NCBI GenBank assembly: GCA_965219385.1
Contig: CBDCNM010000002.1
Location: 1,150,639-1,170,935, forward strand
DNA: 20,297 bases
Reading direction: 5' to 3'
Source of the DNA: Candidatus Latescibacterota bacterium
GTDB taxonomy: Bacteria > Latescibacterota > UBA2968 > UBA8231
Under the pieces are notes generated by a model, which did no database searches, had not been told where the DNA came from, and was given only the letters and a program-made list of their open reading frames with translations. The translations under genes and the position numbers were made by a program. Within the stretch, counting starts at the first letter, position 1; each line of letters starts with the position of its first letter. Shown here piece by piece: positions 14,907 through 20,297 of this stretch.

Positions 14907-15827
14907 ATGAAACGACGGATACGCCAAATCCTCAGCTGGTACGGGAGCGACAACCCCGGCACTTTGACCAACCTGGCGCGTTTGCTCAATCACGGCAAAC
15001 TGGGCGGCACCGGCAAGGTGGTAATCCTGCCGGTCGACCAAGGCGTCGAGCACGGTCCCGGGCGCAGCTTTGCGCCCAACCCGCCGGCCTACGACCCGCG
15101 CTACCACTTCGAGCTGGCCATCGACGCCGGCCTCAATGCCTACGCGGCGCCCCTGGGCTTCCTCGAAGCCGGGGCGCGCGACTACGCCGGCGATCTGCCG
15201 CTGATCCTCAAGCTCAACAACCGCGAAAACCTCCACGACGACAAGGATCCCAACCAGTCCCTCACCGGCACCATCGAGGCGGCCCTGCGCCTGGGCTGCG
15301 TGGCCATCGGCTACACTGTGTACCCGGGCTCGGCCCCGCGCCTGGAAATGTACGAAAAGCTCACGGCCCAGGCCGAGGCGGCCAAGCGCCACGGCCTGGT
15401 GGTGGTGGTGTGGTCTTATCCGCGCGGTTCCAGGATCAGCAAGGAGGGCGAGACCGCCCTCGATGTCTCGGCCTACGCCGCGCAGATCGCCGCGCAGCTG
15501 GGCGCCCACATCATCAAGGTCAAACCCCCCGACCCCCTCATTGAGCAGGACGAGGCCCGCAAGGTCTACGAAAAGGCCGACGTGTCCATGAACACCCTGG
15601 CCGAACGGGTTGAGCACGTGGTGCAGTCCGCTTTTGACGGCCGCCGCATCGTCATCTTTTCGGGCGGCCCGGCCAAGGGAGACGCGGAGCTCTACGACGA
15701 GATCCGCGGCATCCGCGACGGCGGCGGCTTTGGCTCCATCATCGGCCGCAACGCCTTCCAGCGCGACAAGAAAGCCGCCCTCGAGCTGCTGGGCAACGTC
15801 ATCCAGATCTACACCGGCAAGCTGTAG
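14907..15827 (+). CDS. fbaB: Class I fructose-bisphosphate aldolase (DhnA/FbaB family)
   Basis: Motifs ILPVDQGVEHGP, LILKLN, VVWSYPRG, LGAHIIKVK, FSGG and SIIGRNAFQR. ATG 14907 with a GGGAGG Shine-Dalgarno. Confidence 0.93.
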   Translation: MKRRIRQILSWYGSDNPGTLTNLARLLNHGKLGGTGKVVILPVDQGVEHGPGRSFAPNPPAYDPRYHFELAIDAGLNAYAAPLGFLEAGARDYAGDLPLILKLNNRENLHDDKDPNQSLTGTIEAALRLGCVAIGYTVYPGSAPRLEMYEKLTAQAEAAKRHGLVVVVWSYPRGSRISKEGETALDVSAYAAQIAAQLGAHIIKVKPPDPLIEQDEARKVYEKADVSMNTLAERVEHVVQSAFDGRRIVIFSGGPAKGDAELYDEIRGIRDGGGFGSIIGRNAFQRDKKAALELLGNVIQIYTGKL

Positions 15828-15834
15828 GCCGCGC

Positions 15835-16386
15835 ATGAACCGGATATCGGAAGATCAACTCGAGCGCGCTGCAAAGATACGCCTGGTGCTCATGGACGTG
15901 GACGGGGTGTGGACCGAGGGAGGACTGTTTTACGTGCCCGGGGGGGCCGACGGCATGGTCGAGGTCAAAACCTTCGACACCCAGGACGGCATGGGCCTGC
16001 GCTGGGCCCATGCCGCCGGCCTCAAGACCGGCCTGATCAGCGGCCGTGAGTCCCCCGGGGTCACCCACCGCGCCGAGATGCTGGGGGTGACCTATATCTA
16101 CCAGAACCACCTGGAAAAAATTCCGCCCTACGAAGAAATCTGCCGGCAGGCCAACGTCGCCGACGAAGAGGTCGCCTACCTGGGCGATGACCTGCCCGAT
16201 GTGCCACTGATCCGGCGCGTGGGCCTGGGCGTGGCCGTGGCCAATGCCCGGCCCGAGGTCAAATGCTGCGCCGACTACATCACCGCCGCCTCTGGAGGCC
16301 AGGGCGCCATCCGCGAGGTTCTGGAAATAATCATGCAGGCCCAGGGTCTGTGGCAGGTGGTGCTGGACCGGTACGGTATCAAGTAG
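15835..16386 (+). CDS. kdsC: KdsC-family HAD phosphatase (KDO-8-phosphate phosphatase-like)
   Basis: Motifs LMDVDGVWTEG, KTFDTQDGMG, ISGR, AYLGDDLPD and GGQGAIRE. ATG 15835 lies 7 nt after the fbaB stop; 183 aa. Confidence 0.88.
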   Translation: MNRISEDQLERAAKIRLVLMDVDGVWTEGGLFYVPGGADGMVEVKTFDTQDGMGLRWAHAAGLKTGLISGRESPGVTHRAEMLGVTYIYQNHLEKIPPYEEICRQANVADEEVAYLGDDLPDVPLIRRVGLGVAVANARPEVKCCADYITAASGGQGAIREVLEIIMQAQGLWQVVLDRYGIK

Positions 16387-17611
16387 GGTTTTGCGCCTCC
16401 CGACTATCCCCCCCCACCAATTCCCTCACGCGCCGTCCCACGATTTCCGGCTCTCCCTCCTTAAGACACATGGGCCCGAAGGCCGCGATGCCCTCGCTGA
16501 GATGAGTGGGATTGGCGTGGATGCTGGGCTCGCCGTCCTGTAGTCGTTTGACCAGTTCCAGGGCTGTCAGCCCCAGGGTCTCCTCGTCCAGCTGCACGTG
16601 GACCACCGGGATCTCGGAGCGCTTGCGGTCCGCCACCACCCGGGCCCGGGCGTGGGGCAGCTCCCCGATGGCCGCCTGCAATGCTTCCATCGACGTCAGC
16701 CAGCCCTGGCGCCGCTTCTCCGGATCCTCCTGCACGAACAACTCCAGGGCCGTGAGCAGGCCGACGATCTCCTCCTTGCCCACCTTGCAGGGCCGGCCGA
16801 TACCGTGCTGCGGGGCACCGGGCAGCCGGTTCTTGTCGATCAGCCCTGGGGGCGGATTCCACTGCTCGAAAAGGATGTCCAGGTCCAGATGCTGCAGAGC
16901 CACCGCCGAGATCAAATCCCTGCGCCCGCAGAGGATCCCCGAACTCTGGGGCCCGCGGATGGCCTTACCGCCGCTGAAGGCCACTAGGTCGGCGCCCTCG
17001 GCGATGAAGCGCTGCAGATTGCTGGCCGGCGGCAGCTGGCCGGCCGCGTCCACCAGCACCGGCACCCCGGCCGCATGCGCCACCTCCACCACTTGGGGCA
17101 ACGGTGGCAGGGTATGGGCGTAGGCCACGTAGTAGATGGCCGCGGTGTTTTCGTTGATGGCCGCCCCGATCTCCCAGGCCTCGGTGTCGCGCACCCCGGC
17201 GCCGCTGAAGCGGTCGGCGATCCCGACCTCGACCAACTCGATGCCCACCGAGCGCACCGCGTGGTCGTAGAAGTTGCGCTGGCTGCGGGCGACCACGACC
17301 TCGTTCTTCATGCCTGTGGTATCGGGCAGGCGATTCATCCTGTGCGGGTCTAGTCCGGTCACGCAGGCGGCCGTGCCCAGGAGCAGACCGGCCGCCGCCC
17401 CCGAGGTCACATAGCCGGCCTCGGCCCCGGTGATTTCGGCGATGAATTCGCCGGCGCGGGCCTGGAGCTGGGCAATGTCCACGCAGTACTGCGTGGCCTC
17501 CTTCATGGCCTCGGCCACTTCCGGTGGCATGATCGAGCCGCTGAGCCGGGTGGCCGGTCCGGATGCATTGATGATGGTGCGCACTCCCAGGCGTTCATAG
17601 ACATTGGCCAT
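16379..17611 (-). CDS. SelA-like / DgaE-family PLP-dependent enzyme
   Basis: Motifs LGVRTIINASG..TRLSGS, VTSGAAAGL, VLVDAAGQ, LVAFSGGKAIRGPQSSGILCG (PLP Lys) and IGRPCKVGKEEIVG. Confidence 0.88.
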   Translation of the reverse strand: MANVYERLGVRTIINASGPATRLSGSIMPPEVAEAMKEATQYCVDIAQLQARAGEFIAEITGAEAGYVTSGAAAGLLLGTAACVTGLDPHRMNRLPDTTGMKNEVVVARSQRNFYDHAVRSVGIELVEVGIADRFSGAGVRDTEAWEIGAAINENTAAIYYVAYAHTLPPLPQVVEVAHAAGVPVLVDAAGQLPPASNLQRFIAEGADLVAFSGGKAIRGPQSSGILCGRRDLISAVALQHLDLDILFEQWNPPPGLIDKNRLPGAPQHGIGRPCKVGKEEIVGLLTALELFVQEDPEKRRQGWLTSMEALQAAIGELPHARARVVADRKRSEIPVVHVQLDEETLGLTALELVKRLQDGEPSIHANPTHLSEGIAAFGPMCLKEGEPEIVGRRVRELVGGDSREAQNPT

Positions 17612-17614
17612 GAT

Positions 17615-18715
17615 TCATCCCTTTTCGAAAATCCGTTCTTCGAGCAGGTATTTGTCGACGGCATCGTGATTCAGGGTATAACCCAGGCCCGGGCGCTCCG
17701 GCACCAGAAAAGCCCCGTCCTCGAACGGAAAATCTTCCTGCACCAAGGTGTCCTCCCAGGCCATGGGCCCAACCATGTCGTAGGGCTGGGTCAAATGCGG
17801 CATGCAGGCCGCATCGTGCAGGCCCATGGCCGCGCCCGGGCCATAGGACACGGTCTGCGACCAGCCGCCCATACCCAGTTGGTGCGCCAGGCGCGAATCC
17901 TCCAGACTACCGACAATGGCGTAGTCCAGGGCCCCGGCCTGGAAGCGCCGCAACAGATCCTCGCTGCCGCCCACGTGGTCCCCCACGGGCAGGTGAATGG
18001 TCTGGCGCAGCCGCCGCCACTCCGAAAAGGTGCCGGCGGCCGCGCCCTTGGCTATGGGGCTTTCCAGGCATTCGATCTTGTGCCCCTGCAAGCGCCGGGC
18101 CAGTTCCTGGGCCACCCAGACCTCCTCCAGGCGCCAGCGGATATCCGGCCGCACTGCCATGTCCGGCTGCACCCGGTGGATGGCCTCCACCCGGTCGGTG
18201 ACGTAGCGGATGCGCTCTTCGGGCGTCTGCTCCCGGCCGGTGATGCACTTCATCTTGTAGGCGCGAAAGCCGTGCTCCCAGCCCCACTGGGCGTCCTCGG
18301 CGGTGTGCTCCGGAGTTTTGTACCCGGTGCACTGGGTGACCGGGATGCGGTCCCGCAGGCGGCCCCCCAGCAATTGCCAGATGGGCACCCCCAGGGCCTG
18401 ACCGCGCAAATCCAGCACCACCTGGCGGAAAGAGTCGGGGCAGGGCGAAGGCGCGCGCCCAAACCCCAAGCTGCCGTCGGAGAGGTTGATCTCCAGGACA
18501 TTCTGTCCCAGCCAGGAATTGAGGGTGGCCTCCATGGTTCCCATGGGGGTGAAGCGCTCGATCTGGGTCAGGCCGGTGATCCCCTGATCGGTTTCGACCT
18601 CGGCGATGCCGTGCTCGGCGCGCTGGTGCAAAGGCTGGCCGTAGAAATCGTCCGACCACCACCAGTGGCGCTCGGGCACGTTGACTATGTAGAGCTTGAT
18701 TCGGATGATTTTCAT
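17615..18715 (-). CDS. Mandelate racemase/muconate lactonizing enzyme (enolase superfamily) protein
   Basis: Motifs EVETDQGITG, DLRGQALGVPIWQLLGG..RDRIP, YKMK (KxK), putative metal ligands in RPD / LESP / VGD, and VPERPGLG. ATG 18715 overlaps the glyA stop (ATGA); 366 aa. Confidence 0.88.
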   Translation of the reverse strand: MKIIRIKLYIVNVPERHWWWSDDFYGQPLHQRAEHGIAEVETDQGITGLTQIERFTPMGTMEATLNSWLGQNVLEINLSDGSLGFGRAPSPCPDSFRQVVLDLRGQALGVPIWQLLGGRLRDRIPVTQCTGYKTPEHTAEDAQWGWEHGFRAYKMKCITGREQTPEERIRYVTDRVEAIHRVQPDMAVRPDIRWRLEEVWVAQELARRLQGHKIECLESPIAKGAAAGTFSEWRRLRQTIHLPVGDHVGGSEDLLRRFQAGALDYAIVGSLEDSRLAHQLGMGGWSQTVSYGPGAAMGLHDAACMPHLTQPYDMVGPMAWEDTLVQEDFPFEDGAFLVPERPGLGYTLNHDAVDKYLLEERIFEKG

Positions 18716-20001
18716 ATCGGCTTGCCGTCCTCTCCATAGAGAATCCCCGGTGCCGGAAAACGGTCGCACAGGGCCCGCACCTGGGCGGCGATTTCCCTGT
18801 AGGCCTTGCGCCGGTCGTCCAGTTCCAGCCCCTCGTCCGCCCGCACCTTAGCCACCTGCGCCATCCACTCGGCCAGCTGCACCATCTCCGCCTTGCCAAA
18901 GCCGCGGCTGCTCATGGCCGGCGTGCCCAGGCGGATACCGCTGGGATTGGCCGGGGGCCGCGGATCAAAGGGCACGGTATTGTAATTGCACACCACCCCG
19001 GCCGCATCCAGGGCCTTGGACATCTGCCGACCGGTGAGCCCCTTGGGGGTCACATCCACCAGGATCAGGTGGTTGTCGGTACCGCCGGAAGACAGCTTGA
19101 AACCGCGCTCCACGAGGGCCGCGGCCAGGGTCCGGGCATTCTCCACGGTCTGTCCGGCATACCCTTTAAACTCCTCCGTGGCCGCCTCCTTGAGGGTCAC
19201 GGCAATGGCCGCGGTGGTGTGGTTGTGCGGCCCGCCCTGCAGGCCGGGGAACACCGCCTTGTCCAGGACCTCGGCGTAGTTTTCCCTGCACATGACCATG
19301 CCCCCGCGCGGACCCCGGAGCGACTTGTGGGTGGTGGTGGTCACCACGTCCACGTGCGGCACCGGACTGGGGTGCACTCCGGCGACCACCAGCCCCGCGA
19401 TATGGGCGATATCCGCCGCCACCACGGCCCCGACCTTGCGGCCGATGGCAGCGAACCTTTCGAAGTCGACGGTGCGCGGATAGGCCGTGGTGCCGCAGAA
19501 GATCAGTTTGGGCCGGTGCTCCAGGGCCAGGGCTTCGACCTGGTCGTAGTCTATGATTCCGCTTTCCTCTCTCACCCCGTACTGCACGGCGTTGTAGTGC
19601 AGTCCCGACACGCTCACGGCCGCACCGTGGGTCAAATGCCCTCCGTGCGGCAGGGCCAGTCCCATAACCGTATCCCCGGGCCGGGCCAGGGCCAGGTAGA
19701 CCGCCTGGTTGGCCGGCGAGCCGGAATAGGGCTGCACGTTGACGTGCTCGGCCCCGAACAGGACCCGGGCCCGCTCGGCGCAGAGTTCCTCCAGGCGATC
19801 GATGTGCTGCTGCCCTTCGTAGTAGCGCTTGCCGGGGTAGCCCTCCGAGTACTTGTTGGTCAGGATCGAACCGGTCGCCTCCAGCACCGCCTGGCTGGCG
19901 TAGTTTTCAGAGGGGATCAAACGGATCTTCTCGTGCTGCCGCCGGTTCTCGGCGTGGATGATCTCCGCTACCTCGGGATCTATTTCCTTGAGATCTGCCA
20001 T
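18712..20001 (-). CDS. glyA: Serine hydroxymethyltransferase
   Basis: Motifs LIPSENY, TNKYSEGYPGKRYY, NVQPYSGSPAN, HGGHLTHG, TTTTHKSLRGPRGG (PLP Lys), VFPGLQGGP, GGTDNHL and SGIRLGTPA. GGAGGAGG Shine-Dalgarno. Confidence 0.98.
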   Translation of the reverse strand: MADLKEIDPEVAEIIHAENRRQHEKIRLIPSENYASQAVLEATGSILTNKYSEGYPGKRYYEGQQHIDRLEELCAERARVLFGAEHVNVQPYSGSPANQAVYLALARPGDTVMGLALPHGGHLTHGAAVSVSGLHYNAVQYGVREESGIIDYDQVEALALEHRPKLIFCGTTAYPRTVDFERFAAIGRKVGAVVAADIAHIAGLVVAGVHPSPVPHVDVVTTTTHKSLRGPRGGMVMCRENYAEVLDKAVFPGLQGGPHNHTTAAIAVTLKEAATEEFKGYAGQTVENARTLAAALVERGFKLSSGGTDNHLILVDVTPKGLTGRQMSKALDAAGVVCNYNTVPFDPRPPANPSGIRLGTPAMSSRGFGKAEMVQLAEWMAQVAKVRADEGLELDDRRKAYREIAAQVRALCDRFPAPGILYGEDGKPI

Positions 20002-20016
20002 GTGCCTCCTCCCTTT

Positions 20017-20297
20017 TTATCCTGCCAGGGCCCGCTCCACCAAGGACTCGGCATCCCCCACCAGCTGCTGCCAGGCCTCCAAGCTGTAGTCCGGGCCGTG
20101 GGCAAAGGGCGGGGTTTCAATGCACATGCTGTGGCTGTATCCCATTTCCGCGGCTCGCTGAAAAACCGGGTCCCAGGCCACCAGGCCGCGGCCCGGCGCC
20201 AGGTGGGAGTCGCGGTCGCCGGCCGTATCCGACAGATGAAATGCCTTCAAGTGCGGCGCCATGGCATCGAGAAAAGCCCCCGCTCTTTCCGGTCCGG
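20017..20297 (-). CDS. Sugar-phosphate isomerase/epimerase (xylose-isomerase-like TIM barrel), 3' part only
   Basis: The frame is open to the window edge: GPERAGAFLDAMAPHLKAFHLSDTAGDRDSHLAPGRGLVAW...GYSHSMCIE. It shows the HxxD...D.HL.PG.G...E metal-binding pattern. Confidence 0.8.
   Translation of the reverse strand, partial: GPERAGAFLDAMAPHLKAFHLSDTAGDRDSHLAPGRGLVAWDPVFQRAAEMGYSHSMCIETPPFAHGPDYSLEAWQQLVGDAESLVERALAG

Noticed and set aside
12502..15836. Long minus-strand ORFs (362, 441 and 316 aa)
   Set aside because: They are antisense shadows of tal, zwf and fbaB.
16379..17611. Calling this gene selA (selenocysteine synthase)
   Set aside because: It lacks an evident SelA N-terminal tRNA-binding domain, no selB, selD or tRNA-Sec is nearby, and the motifs fit the SelA-like/DgaE group.
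17666..18899. 357-aa plus-strand and 330-aa alternative-frame minus-strand ORFs
   Set aside because: Both overlap the enolase-superfamily gene. One is its antisense shadow and the other has the Arg/Pro/Gly-rich composition of off-frame GC-rich sequence.

Overview
GC-rich bacterial chromosomal window. The gene set (PorX, a PorY-like kinase, a DUF2279-type protein, FadL/PorV-like and YjbH-like barrels) points by inference to an FCB-superphylum lineage, possibly outside Bacteroidota. From left to right: (1) nt 1-861 is a frameshift-riddled mosaic of four unrelated fragments: an acyl-CoA dehydrogenase 3' end, a P-type ATPase 5' end, IS3 orfA and an Omp85-like 3' end. A frameshifted lipoprotein gene follows. 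(2) A minus-strand run: sensor kinase with an ungapped 3 x 64-aa triplicated periplasmic module, porX, tsaE, a YjbH-like barrel, a FadL/PorV-like barrel and a Gly/Tyr-rich lipoprotein. (3) A DUF2279-like gene, a tandem hairpin repeat, bactofilin, a 131-bp inverted-repeat-bounded element holding two palindromes, and an ATP-cone 2-phosphoglycerate-kinase-like gene. (4) A candidate ~65-nt RNA or attenuator ahead of tal-zwf-fbaB-kdsC. (5) A convergent, tightly coupled operon: TIM-barrel isomerase, glyA, a divergent enolase-superfamily enzyme and a SelA/DgaE-like PLP enzyme. No rRNA, tRNA or CRISPR array was seen. All family calls come from motif recognition by eye, not database searches.
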